57,932 nt of DNA from Nostoc sp. (GTDB lineage Bacteria; Cyanobacteriota; Cyanobacteriia; Cyanobacteriales; Nostocaceae), in contig JBALDB010000010.1 of the NCBI GenBank assembly GCA_036918135.1, positions 1 to 57,932 of the forward strand, written 5' to 3'. Within the stretch, counting starts at the first letter, position 1. The number at the start of each line of letters is the position of its first letter. Positions 19,486 through 29,310 of this stretch are shown here, one piece after another. The notes beneath the pieces were generated by a model that was not told the origin of the DNA, did no database searches, and worked only from the letters and a program-made list of their open reading frames with translations. A program made the position numbers and the translations under genes.

Positions 19486-20305
19486 AGATTTATCACTAAC
19501 GGCTGAGTTTGCCGAGGGTGAATCTTTAACAGTAGAGCAAGCGATCGCCAATCTCCAAGGTCAAGACTTAGGGCTGCGCTTTTATGCTGCCTGGTGGTTG
19601 GGTCGGTTTCGGGTGTGCGAACCAGCTGCGGTTACAGGATTAATCCAAGCCTTAGCGGATGAAGCCGACAGAACACCAGAAGGAGGATATCCTCTGCGAC
19701 GGAACGCAGCTAGGGCTTTAGGAAAAATTGGCGATCGTCAGGCCGTTGTACCTTTGATTGCCTGTTTAGACTGCTTAGATTATTATGTGCGGGAAGCAGC
19801 AGCACAATCGTTAGAGATGCTAGGCGATGTTGATTGTATTCCCGCTCTCGGCGAGCTATTAAAAGCAGGCTTGGAGGGAGAACAGCTCAAATCAAAGCAG
19901 CCTGATTTGTCTCAACCCTACGACGCTATTTTAGAAGCTTTAGGAAGGTTGAAGGCAACTGAGTGCATCCCTTTGGTGAAGCCGTTTCTTGAGCATCCCA
20001 TAGAGGTAGTGCAATATGCTGCCGCACGAGCTATGTATCAGTTAACTCAAGAACCAAGTTACGCACAACGATTGGTACAGGCTTTGGCTGGTGATAAATT
20101 ACAACTGCGTCGAGCAGTATTAGCAGATTTGGGAGCAATTGGGTATCTACCCGCCGCCGAAGCCATAGCTGAGACTTTGGCGGAAAATAGCCTGAAACTA
20201 ATTTCTCTTAAAGGATTACTAGAACATCAAGTTAACCATACAACAGCAAGCAGTTTATCAGCAGGTGCGATTAAAGTCATGAATTTGATGGACTCGCTGT
20301 TATAG
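19460..20305 (+). CDS. cpcE: phycocyanin alpha-subunit PCB lyase CpcE
   Basis: RFYAAWWLG, DRTPEGGYPLRRNAARALGK, LAENSLKLISLKGLLE. Confidence 0.95.
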   Translation: MNLSPQQIEDLSLTAEFAEGESLTVEQAIANLQGQDLGLRFYAAWWLGRFRVCEPAAVTGLIQALADEADRTPEGGYPLRRNAARALGKIGDRQAVVPLIACLDCLDYYVREAAAQSLEMLGDVDCIPALGELLKAGLEGEQLKSKQPDLSQPYDAILEALGRLKATECIPLVKPFLEHPIEVVQYAAARAMYQLTQEPSYAQRLVQALAGDKLQLRRAVLADLGAIGYLPAAEAIAETLAENSLKLISLKGLLEHQVNHTTASSLSAGAIKVMNLMDSLL

Positions 20306-20474
20306 TTTTAAGTTTGAGATAATTAGTTGTCATTAATACGTTAAAACCAAATGTTTACCAAATATCAACCCCCAACCCGACTGCAAAACAAGGGTTAGGG
20401 GTTTATGTATGAGGTCAGCTACGGAGAAGTTAAGCTACAATTGGCTGACCACCAATAACTCATGAAAAATTATT

Positions 20475-21212
20475 ATGAATAACAGTGACCTTGCCCAAAT
20501 ATTGATTCGTGCTGTGGAAGAAGCGGATTCCTCAGAGCGGTTATTAGACGCAGTTCAAGAGTTAGCAGCAGCAGGTATAGAGGAATCTGTTCCGACTCTA
20601 ATTGCAGCTTTGGGTTACAATAATCCGGGAGCGGCAGTGGCGGCGGTAGATGGATTGATTGCGATCGGAGAACCCGCAGTAGCGCCACTATTGAAACTCA
20701 TTGATGATTACAACTATGGTGCTAGAGCCTGGGCAGTTCGTGCCTTAGCAGGAATTGGGGATTTACGGGCGCTAGATACTTTACTAGAGGCAGCAAAAAC
20801 CGATTTTTCCTTGAGCGTGCGCCGCGCAGCAGCTAGGGGATTAGGCACATTGCGGTGGTATCAACTACCACCTGAGAAAGTGGAATCTGTCCAGACTCAG
20901 GTAATAGACGCACTACTATTAATTTCTGAAGATCCGGAGTGGGTGGTACGCTATGCAGCAGTTACGAGTTTAGAAACACTAGTAAAAGCGATGCCTGCGG
21001 CGGTAAACAACGCAATTACTTTACCCGATGGAGCCTCGCGGATTACACATCGACTTGAGCAAATGCTAAATACAGATGCAGACCTTGGAGTGCGTACCCG
21101 TGTAAAGTTTGCACAGCAAAAAATTCAGCAACAACAGCATCAAGAAGTATTTGCACTTAAAACAAAGCAAGAACAGTCTGAAGTGCCTCATCGTGGTGGT
21201 GGCAGACGTTAG
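20475..21212 (+). CDS. cpcF: phycocyanin alpha-subunit PCB lyase CpcF
   Basis: LGYNNPGAAVAAVDGLI, YNYGARAWA.RALAGIGD, DPEWVVRYAA. Confidence 0.95.
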   Translation: MNNSDLAQILIRAVEEADSSERLLDAVQELAAAGIEESVPTLIAALGYNNPGAAVAAVDGLIAIGEPAVAPLLKLIDDYNYGARAWAVRALAGIGDLRALDTLLEAAKTDFSLSVRRAAARGLGTLRWYQLPPEKVESVQTQVIDALLLISEDPEWVVRYAAVTSLETLVKAMPAAVNNAITLPDGASRITHRLEQMLNTDADLGVRTRVKFAQQKIQQQQHQEVFALKTKQEQSEVPHRGGGRR

Positions 21213-21433
21213 GGACTCCGATTAAAAAAATATTCCATCGTCAGGGCAGGGGAGCAGAGGGGCAGGGGGCGGGGGGAGAGAAATACGATCGCTTGCCATT
21301 TTAATCGCATAGAATATAACTCTGGTTTTAGAAGTAAAAAGATAATTCCTAGAAATAAATTTTCTCGGTGGGTGACAACCGTTTTTTCTTTTTCTTTCTT
21401 TTGTCTTATTTGATGATGTTTAGACAGTGTTTA

Positions 21434-22090
21434 TCAAAAACCATATCCCGAAGTCAAAGACTTGATTTCCTCTTGAATATTGCTACGAGCAAATGGTTCG
21501 GCGAATTCCAACATTAAAGGTGTAAAGTAAATTGACCGCTGTAAAAATCCTTCTAAAAATTGCCGCCGTCCTGCGATATATTCTGCTTCTGATACCCAGG
21601 CATATTCCTGGCGAATCGCATTAGAGTATTCTGGATAATCGACTGGATTAGTAGCCAAAACCGCTAAATCTGCATCCAATAAGACTTGGCTATCACAATC
21701 ATCTGCCGCAGCTTGGTGTTTTTTAGTGTTCAGAATCAAACGGCTGACGGTAGCGATAGTACTTTCGGGAATGCCTAAATGACTCAGCAACTCAAAAGCA
21801 TAGTCTGCACTTTTTTCTTCATTATCTTGAGCCTTAGTGTCATACACTACATCGTGAAACCAGCCAGCAAGTAGAACAGCAGCTAGGTTATTTGTGTAGC
21901 CATGTAAAATCTCAATTGTGGTCAGGACATAATGAATATGTTTGAGTGTATGGTAATAGCGACCAGGAGTAGAGTAAGCTGCAACCAAGCGATTAAAGGC
22001 TTTCTCAGCCGCTATTTGCTCAACGCCAAAGGGTTCGAGTGTGCGTTGCCAGTTAGAAAATAAGATATGCGTGAGGTTTTCTGTAAACAT
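21434..22090 (-). CDS. predicted HD-superfamily metal-dependent phosphohydrolase
   Basis: RYYHTLKH, WFHDVVYD, DNEEKSA, LLDADLAVL, IRQEY. Confidence 0.88.
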   Translation of the reverse strand: MFTENLTHILFSNWQRTLEPFGVEQIAAEKAFNRLVAAYSTPGRYYHTLKHIHYVLTTIEILHGYTNNLAAVLLAGWFHDVVYDTKAQDNEEKSADYAFELLSHLGIPESTIATVSRLILNTKKHQAAADDCDSQVLLDADLAVLATNPVDYPEYSNAIRQEYAWVSEAEYIAGRRQFLEGFLQRSIYFTPLMLEFAEPFARSNIQEEIKSLTSGYGF

Positions 22091-22405
22091 AAAGGTAGTA
22101 TCCCCACTGTTAGTATGACTGAGCTAATCTCTTGTGCTGCAACATTTGTCCAATCGAGTAAAAAATAGATCAACAAAAGGATAACACTTGTAGGTAAGTA
22201 AATAGGGTATAGAACATTGGCAGTGAGGAGTTAGGAGTAGAGACGCGATTAACCCAAGTCTTTCCAGGAGTTAAAAGTTATTTTCGTTCTGCTTTCCTTT
22301 GTCTTCTCATCTCTCCAATATGGTGACAGCTAGATGAAAACGTCAAAATAGAAGACACAGGTTTTGTACAAAAAGCCTTGCCTTGATTAACGGAGTTTAT
22401 TATCA

Positions 22406-25381
22406 GTGGTATTACAAGTACAGACAAACATCTACGAAGCTAAAACCCAAGAAATTGCTAAACAACTTCTAGCAGATGCACAGGAAAATCGTTCATTTTT
22501 TGCTTCGCTGCGCGATCAAATGCGCTGGGATGATAAATTACTAGCTTGGACGATGAGTAATCCTGGGTTGCGGGTGCAATTATTTCGGTTTATAGATACT
22601 CTACCTGCTTTGAATAGTAAATCGGAAATTGCCTCACATTTACAAGAATATTTAAGCGATCAGTCTGTAGAATTACCGACAGCTTTGAAGGGAATGCTAA
22701 ACTTTGCTAACCCTGACTCTATGCCAGGACAAGTTGCTGCTACAACTGTTGGTACAGCGGTCGAAACTCTTGCTCATAAATATATCGCTGGTGAAAATAT
22801 TAAACAAGTCATCAAAACAGTTGAACGGCTGCGAAAAGAGAAAATGGCTTTCACTATTGATTTACTTGGTGAAGCGGTAATTACTGAAGCCGAAGCGCAA
22901 TCTTATCTAGAACGCTATTTAGAATTAATCCAACAATTGGTAGAAGTATCGAAGAATTGGACAATCATACCAGCGATTGATGAGGCAGATGGCGAACTGT
23001 TACCAAAAGTCCAGGTTTCTGTTAAATTAACCGCATTTTATTCGCAATTCGATCCATTAGATGCTAAAGGTAGTGAACAACGAGTTAGCGATCGCATTCG
23101 TATTCTCTTACGTCGTGCCAAAGAATTAGGCGCAGCTGTGCATTTTGATATGGAACAGTATGCTTATAAGGACATAACTCTCAGTATCTTGAAAAAACTG
23201 TTACTCGAAGAAGAGTTTCGACAACGCACAGATATTGGGATCACAATTCAAGCATATCTGCGTGATAGCGAGCAAGATGTTAAGAATATGATTTCTTGGT
23301 TAAAACAGCGCGGTTTTCCCCTGACAATTCGTTTGGTGAAAGGCGCATATTGGGATCAGGAAACAATTAAAGCAGCCCAAAAGCACTGGTCACAGCCAGT
23401 TTACAATGATAAAGCGGCAACTGATGCTAACTTTGAAACCATCACTCAGTTATTGCTAGAAAATCATCAATATGTGTATTCTGCCATTGGTAGCCATAAT
23501 GTGCGATCGCACGCTCGTGCCATTGCTATAGCTGAAAGTTTAAATGTCCCCCGCCGTCGCTTTGAATTGCAAGTCCTCTACGGTATGGGTGATAAAGTTG
23601 CCAAGGCGTTGGTTGACAGGGGTTATCGGGTTAGAGTTTACTGTCCTTACGGTGAATTATTGCCTGGAATGGCATATTTGATTCGGCGGTTGTTGGAAAA
23701 TACGGCTAATAGTTCTTTTTTACGCCAAAATCTCGAAAATCGGCCAATTGACGAATTGTTAGCACCACCAGTTGTTAAAGACGCAGAGAATGAAAATTTC
23801 CCCGTGTCCTCTTCCTTTGTTGGGGCGGCGGATACAGATTATGCAAAGGAGGAGGGAAGAAGGAAGGTGATGGAAGCTTTTGCAAGTGTTCGTGAAAATT
23901 TGGGTAGAACTTATCTACCGCTGATTGATGGAGAGTATGTTAATACGCCGGAATTTGTTGATTCTCTCAATCCTTCTAATTTCAGTGAGGTAGTTGGCAA
24001 AGTCGGGTTGATTAGCGTTGAACAAGCCGAACAGGCGATGCAAGCTGCTAAAGCGGCCTTTCCTAGTTGGAAGAAAACACCAGCTAAACAACGCGCTGAT
24101 ATTTTGCGGAAAGCGGGTGATTTGATGGAAGAACGCCGCACCCAACTTTCAGCTTGGATGGTTTTGGAAGTTGGGAAACCAGTTAAGGAAGCTGATGCAG
24201 AGGTTTCTGAAGCCATAGACTTTTGTCAGTATTATGCTGATGAAATTGAACGATTAGACGAAGGTGTTAATTATGACATACCTGGAGAGACTAATCGTTA
24301 TATCTATCAGCCACGGGGAATTGCTGTGGTGATTTCTCCTTGGAATTTCCCCTTGGCGATCGCTTGTGGTATGACTGTTGCAGCTTTGGTTTCTGGCAAT
24401 TGTACTCTCCTCAAACCTGCGGAAACATCTTCTGTGATTGCTGCAAAATTCACAGAAATCCTGGTAGATGCTGGTTTTCCTCAAGGTGTATTTCAATACG
24501 TACCAGGGAAGGGTTCCCAAGTTGGGGCTTATTTGGTAAATCATCCAGATACTCATGTAATTGCTTTTACGGGTTCTCAAGAAGTAGGATGTAGAATTTA
24601 CGCGGATGCAGCAACGCTAAAACCCGGACAAAAGCACATGAAACGAGTGATTGCTGAAATGGGTGGTAAAAATGCAATTATTGTCGATGAAAGTGCTGAT
24701 TTAGACCAAGCGGTTGTCGGGGTAGTGCAATCAGCATTCGGTTACAGCGGACAAAAATGTTCTGCTTGTTCGCGAGCGATCGTGTTGGAACCGATTTATG
24801 ATGCTTTTGTGCAGCGCTTGGTGGAAGCGACAAAATCTCTGAACATTGGGGAAGCAGAGCTACTTAGTACGCAAGTCGGGCCAGTAATTGATGGCAATGC
24901 CCGCGATCGCATCCGCGAGTATATTGAGAAAGGTAAGGCAGAAGCACAACTAGCCTTGGAGTTACCAGCACCAGAACAAGGCTATTTTGTCGGCCCTGTG
25001 ATTTTTAGTGAAGTATCGCCAGATGCAGTCATTTCTCAAGAAGAAATTTTTGGGCCTGTGCTGGCGGTAATTCGGGTGAAAGATTTTCAGGAAGCCTTAG
25101 CAGTCGCCAACGGGACTAACTATGCATTGACTGGAGGACTTTATTCTCGAACACCTTCGCACATTCAGCAGGCGCAGACAGAATTTGAAGTTGGGAATTT
25201 GTACATCAATCGCAATATCACAGGTGCTATTGTTGCACGACAACCCTTTGGTGGATTCAAACTTTCTGGAGTCGGTTCTAAAGCTGGAGGCCCTGATTAC
25301 CTACTGCAATTCTTGGAACCACGCGCAGTCACAGAAAATATTCAGCGCCAAGGTTTTGCACCGATTGAAGGTGCAGATTAA
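22406..25381 (+). CDS. putA: bifunctional proline dehydrogenase / L-glutamate-gamma-semialdehyde dehydrogenase
   Basis: RLVKGAYWD, YLIRRLLENTAN, ISPWNFPLAI, AEMGGKN, GQKCSA. Confidence 0.97.
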   Translation: MVLQVQTNIYEAKTQEIAKQLLADAQENRSFFASLRDQMRWDDKLLAWTMSNPGLRVQLFRFIDTLPALNSKSEIASHLQEYLSDQSVELPTALKGMLNFANPDSMPGQVAATTVGTAVETLAHKYIAGENIKQVIKTVERLRKEKMAFTIDLLGEAVITEAEAQSYLERYLELIQQLVEVSKNWTIIPAIDEADGELLPKVQVSVKLTAFYSQFDPLDAKGSEQRVSDRIRILLRRAKELGAAVHFDMEQYAYKDITLSILKKLLLEEEFRQRTDIGITIQAYLRDSEQDVKNMISWLKQRGFPLTIRLVKGAYWDQETIKAAQKHWSQPVYNDKAATDANFETITQLLLENHQYVYSAIGSHNVRSHARAIAIAESLNVPRRRFELQVLYGMGDKVAKALVDRGYRVRVYCPYGELLPGMAYLIRRLLENTANSSFLRQNLENRPIDELLAPPVVKDAENENFPVSSSFVGAADTDYAKEEGRRKVMEAFASVRENLGRTYLPLIDGEYVNTPEFVDSLNPSNFSEVVGKVGLISVEQAEQAMQAAKAAFPSWKKTPAKQRADILRKAGDLMEERRTQLSAWMVLEVGKPVKEADAEVSEAIDFCQYYADEIERLDEGVNYDIPGETNRYIYQPRGIAVVISPWNFPLAIACGMTVAALVSGNCTLLKPAETSSVIAAKFTEILVDAGFPQGVFQYVPGKGSQVGAYLVNHPDTHVIAFTGSQEVGCRIYADAATLKPGQKHMKRVIAEMGGKNAIIVDESADLDQAVVGVVQSAFGYSGQKCSACSRAIVLEPIYDAFVQRLVEATKSLNIGEAELLSTQVGPVIDGNARDRIREYIEKGKAEAQLALELPAPEQGYFVGPVIFSEVSPDAVISQEEIFGPVLAVIRVKDFQEALAVANGTNYALTGGLYSRTPSHIQQAQTEFEVGNLYINRNITGAIVARQPFGGFKLSGVGSKAGGPDYLLQFLEPRAVTENIQRQGFAPIEGAD

Positions 25382-25392
25382 AGTATAGAATT

Positions 25393-25416
25393 AGGTGGGG
25401 AAAACCCACCTTTTTT
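25393..25416 (+). terminator. intrinsic terminator after putA
   Basis: AGGTGGG-GAAAA-CCCACCT followed by T run. Confidence 0.7.
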
Positions 25417-25442
25417 GATATACTAACTACAAAAACAGTTTG

Positions 25443-25886
25443 ATGAGTAATTTAGTTATAAAACTTGCTGAATTACCTGAAGAATTTCCGGCGATCGCTG
25501 CAATTAGAAAGTCAGTTTTTCAGGAAGAACAAGGGGTAGATCCTGCTTTAGAGTTTGATGGCAAAGATGAAATCTCCGACCATTTAATAGCTTATTTAGA
25601 TGATAAAGCAGTGGGTACTACCAGAATTAGATATTTAGATGAAAAAACTGTCAAGATAGAAAGGCTTTCTGTTTTATCTACAGTTAGAGGGCAAGGTATT
25701 GGTAAGAAAATTATGGAAAATGCACTCTTGTTTATAGCTAATAAAAATATTCGAGAAATTGTTGTTCATTCTCAAGAATATATCAAAGGTTTATATCTAA
25801 AACTGGGCTTTGTAGAAGAAGGCGAAATATTTCAAGAAGCTGGTATTCCCCATGTAAAAATGAGAAAAATTTTACACTTTCTCTAA
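25443..25886 (+). CDS. GNAT acetyltransferase (ElaA/YjcF-like)
   Basis: IRKSVFQEEQGV, RGQGIG, EAGIPHVKM. Confidence 0.9.
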   Translation: MSNLVIKLAELPEEFPAIAAIRKSVFQEEQGVDPALEFDGKDEISDHLIAYLDDKAVGTTRIRYLDEKTVKIERLSVLSTVRGQGIGKKIMENALLFIANKNIREIVVHSQEYIKGLYLKLGFVEEGEIFQEAGIPHVKMRKILHFL

Positions 25887-25951
25887 TTTAAGGTTTATAA
25901 ATGGATTAACTTGTTAAAATTATTTTTAAAAAAATATAATTTAATGTAAGT

Positions 25952-25983
25952 AATGCGAGATGGTATTATAAGCATCTCGCATT
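25952..25983. terminator. bidirectional hairpin between convergent genes
   Basis: AATGCGAGATG...CATCTCGCATT perfect 11-bp inverted repeat. Confidence 0.65.
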
Positions 25984-26033
25984 TCTAATATTCTTATTTT
26001 TCTGTGACTAAAATTATGAAGCACTCATGCCGA

Positions 26034-28064
26034 TTAAGCAATCACCTCAAAATTGTTCTTAGTTAGTGACACTCCACCAGATAGTTGGGCAAATTTTACC
26101 TGAGTAAACGCACCACCACTGCCATCTTGGTCAAAGTACAATGCACCTGTATTGTTATCATAGATAAATTGCTGAGCGATCGTGGTTGCAGATGTTCCCA
26201 GGGTAAACTGACTAGCTGAAAGCGAACCTATTGATAACCCCCCGCCAAAACCATCAGCCGATACCTGAATCCGTTCATTAGTGGAGTTGAAGTCATAAAT
26301 ACTATCAACACCTTCATTATAACTATTGAAAACAAAGGTATCAGTACCAGTCCCTCCATAGAGGGCATCATTACCATTCCCACCTTTGAGGGTATCATTC
26401 CCTTCGCCCCCTAAGAGTAGATTATCGGCTGTTGAAAAGCCAGTATTTAAGGTATCGTCGCCAGCACCACCATTGAGGGTGTTATTTCCTGAGGTACTAT
26501 AGCCGAACACCTCGTAAGCCGGACCATTATCGGAGCCAAAGAGAGAATCATTACCATCGCCTCCCAAAAGTAGGTTGTCACCTATTGACAAACCAACATC
26601 CAAGGTATCGTTGCCAGCACCCCCGTTGAGGGTATTATTGCCAGAGGTGGTATAGATTTCGGTAAGGTCTGGAAAATCATAGTCGAAAAAGCCAGAAGCA
26701 ACAAGATAATCATTGCCATTGTCCCCAGAGAGCAGGTTATCGCCTGTTGAGAAACTAGCACTTAAAGTATCACTACCAGTACCACCGTTGAGGGTGTTAT
26801 TGCCAGATGAAAAACCAGAAAAATTGTATCCTGTCAAGTAGCCACCGATTAAAGAGCCAGAGATGGAGAGAGAATCATTGCCATCGCCCCCAGAGAGCAG
26901 ATTATTACCTGTTGAATCGGAATTATCCGATAGAATATCGTCACCAGTACCACCAATGAGAGTATCACTCCCCGCACCGCCCCTCAAAACATCGTTACCA
27001 CTCTTGCCATCGATTTTATCATTACCTCCTTGACCATTAATGACATCATCTGAGTTGTCAAAGCCGTTGACATTGTTGTTTAACTCGTTCAAGAAAGTGA
27101 CTGTGTTCTTTTTGAAGACGGTACTTTGGTTGGAATTGGCATCGAAGACATCAAAGCTGTCCGTAATCCTAGTTTGTCCATAAAACAAAATATTGCCGAC
27201 CTGGGCTAAATTGTCTAGATTTTCCAGGGCAAAGTTTTGCAAGACTACTTTGGGATTAAATATCCCTCTAAAGGTTATTTCTAAGTTGTTACCATTTTGA
27301 GTTAATTGCAGATTTCTTGCAGTTTGCTCAAATTCTGTAAATTGCAAAGTATCCAATGAGGCAATTACCGTTGCTGATGGGTTCGAGCCTTTACCAATGC
27401 CACTGAAATCAGTGATAGTGGTAATAGTGCTTACGTAACCGAGAACAAATTTATCCTTGCCGCCGCCACCAATTAAGATTTTATTGTTCTGACTGTCAAA
27501 GATCTCGTTTGATTGACTATAGAAGGTATCGTTACCACCGCCACCGTTAAGGGTGTTATTACCCAAAGCGGTAGAGGCAGAGAGAGTATCATCACCATCG
27601 CCTCCAAGGAGCAAATTATCGCCTGATGAATAGTCAATATTTAAGTAATCGTTACCAGCACCACCCTTGAGGGTGTTATTGGCAAACGTACTAGGATAGG
27701 AAAAGTAAGAGCCAGAGGCTAAGAGAGTGTCATTACCATCGCCTCCAAGGAGCAGGTTAGCGCCATCATTGCCTCCTGGAGACACGTTATCACCTGCTGT
27801 AATATTTAAGTAATCGTCACCAGCGCCACCGTTAAGGGTGTTATTGCCAAACAAAATATTAGGATAGTTCTCGTAAGAGCTAGAGTCCAACAGAGTATCA
27901 TCATCATCGCCACCAATGAGACTATCACTCCCCACGCCACCAACGAGAGTATCATTCCCAGCATCGCCAATGAGAGTATCATTCCCAGCTTTACCGTTAA
28001 TTGTGTCCGCGTCATAAGTGCCCACTAGGGTATCATTACCCTTAGTTCCATTGATATTTGCCAT
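26034..28064 (-). CDS. RTX / hemolysin-type calcium-binding repeat protein
   Basis: Many GGxGxDxL nonapeptides; C-terminal FIYDNNTGALYFDQDGSG; no Sec signal. Confidence 0.92.
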   Translation of the reverse strand: MANINGTKGNDTLVGTYDADTINGKAGNDTLIGDAGNDTLVGGVGSDSLIGGDDDDTLLDSSSYENYPNILFGNNTLNGGAGDDYLNITAGDNVSPGGNDGANLLLGGDGNDTLLASGSYFSYPSTFANNTLKGGAGNDYLNIDYSSGDNLLLGGDGDDTLSASTALGNNTLNGGGGNDTFYSQSNEIFDSQNNKILIGGGGKDKFVLGYVSTITTITDFSGIGKGSNPSATVIASLDTLQFTEFEQTARNLQLTQNGNNLEITFRGIFNPKVVLQNFALENLDNLAQVGNILFYGQTRITDSFDVFDANSNQSTVFKKNTVTFLNELNNNVNGFDNSDDVINGQGGNDKIDGKSGNDVLRGGAGSDTLIGGTGDDILSDNSDSTGNNLLSGGDGNDSLSISGSLIGGYLTGYNFSGFSSGNNTLNGGTGSDTLSASFSTGDNLLSGDNGNDYLVASGFFDYDFPDLTEIYTTSGNNTLNGGAGNDTLDVGLSIGDNLLLGGDGNDSLFGSDNGPAYEVFGYSTSGNNTLNGGAGDDTLNTGFSTADNLLLGGEGNDTLKGGNGNDALYGGTGTDTFVFNSYNEGVDSIYDFNSTNERIQVSADGFGGGLSIGSLSASQFTLGTSATTIAQQFIYDNNTGALYFDQDGSGGAFTQVKFAQLSGGVSLTKNNFEVIA

Positions 28065-28147
28065 AGCTTTTACCTTCCTGAATGGATTTTTCAGTAGCTT
28101 TAAGTTCTAAACCTACTGTTAATACTGTTTTTAGACATAATGAACTC

Positions 28148-28323
28148 ATATCAAGTTCGGCTAATTACTTACAATATGTTGGTGTTGCTGGTAATTGGTA
28201 ATAGGTCATTGGGAATTGGGGAAGAGGGAAGAGTTAAACTGTATTTTTATTCCCCATTACCTATTACCCATTACCCGTTACCGACCCTCACAGATATCAC
28301 AAGTATTCAACCGGACATGATAT
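28148..28323. mobile_element. MITE-like element with STRR (GGTAATT/TTACCCA) core
   Basis: ATATCAAGTTCGG ... CCGGACATGATAT terminal IR (11/13). Confidence 0.6.
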
Positions 28324-28445
28324 TACTGGGAGTTGACAATTTTGCGAATACTTTAAAGTCACCCTTAAGGGTTACCAATTCTTCCCAAAGATTCCCTCTG
28401 TTGACCAGCTTGGAAGTAACACTTATCCAACTATGTAGGACTATC

Positions 28446-28743
28446 TAAGTCTTAAGCACTTTCAAATTACTTAGCGTATGAATTCAGAAAAATAGGTTGT
28501 TTGAGGCTTTTGTGAACTATTTTTGATTCAGTAGCGTAGGCGTAGCCCAACCCAGGCATCGCTGTAAAAGCCTCAATAAATCAAGCTTGAATCCTTGAAA
28601 TTCACACTAGCAGTTTGCCAAAGTAACTTAGTAGGGTAAAGGGTAAAAAGTAAAGGTTTTTAATCCCTTTCCTTTTTCGCCAACCTCACCCAACTAATTT
28701 TGGGTTTGCAGACTACTAGTTTTTTTTCAATGCATAAGTCTTA
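28446..28743. mobile_element. nested MITE complex
   Basis: Outer IR TAAGTCTTAAGCA / TGCATAAGTCTTA (11/13); inner CTAG-ended element 28607-28719; SDR at 28534-28562. Confidence 0.55.
28534..28562. repeat. 21-nt SDR5-like element inserted in a HIP1 site
   Basis: GCG[TAGGCGTAGCCCAACCCAGGC]ATCGC; removing the 21 nt restores GCGATCGC. Confidence 0.75.
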
Positions 28744-29161
28744 CTGTCTTGAAAATATGGGTAAGCGTTCAGGGAAGACGCAAAATAATTTTCATGCCCT
28801 CGTTGTGAGCTATATGCCCGTGGGTATTTAGCTTGAAAATAGGGAACGTCTAAATAACTTTAATAATTAAGTACAGAATATTACTTAGATGTCTATACTT
28901 AAAAAGGCATCTTCGCATACTCTTCATATTTTTGAGCGATAAATATATGTAAAATTGCTTAGCTTTGTGTAATCTTTATATTTTTATATTAATGGCAGCG
29001 ATGCTGAGTCGGACTACGCTTAATGAACGACCGAGATTGATAGCACGCTTAGTATTATTTTACAATGCTTCTTTGGGACTAAAAATATAAATGCGATCCT
29101 TTAAGACATAATCACAAGCGTGAATGCTAGGAATAGTAATAATTCTACTTCCTACCTTGTG

Positions 29162-29235
29162 ACTTGAGAAAGGGTGTAGGGTGTAGGGGATATTTTTTTT
29201 CATACATGGCAGTGAAACTTGTTTCATCGGGACTG
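29162..29235 (+). repeat. dispersed repeat (copy 2)
   Basis: Same GGGTGTA heptamers and 24-mer as 15499-15584. Confidence 0.75.
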
Positions 29236-29310
29236 TCTCCTGCCTCCTGCTATATTTTCAGGAACGGCTGGGGAAGATGATGCATATATAAAATTTTCTC
29301 CTTTATCTGT

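Noticed and set aside
28140..28448. 102-aa ORF
   Set aside because: Mostly spans a MITE/STRR element; no protein-like motif
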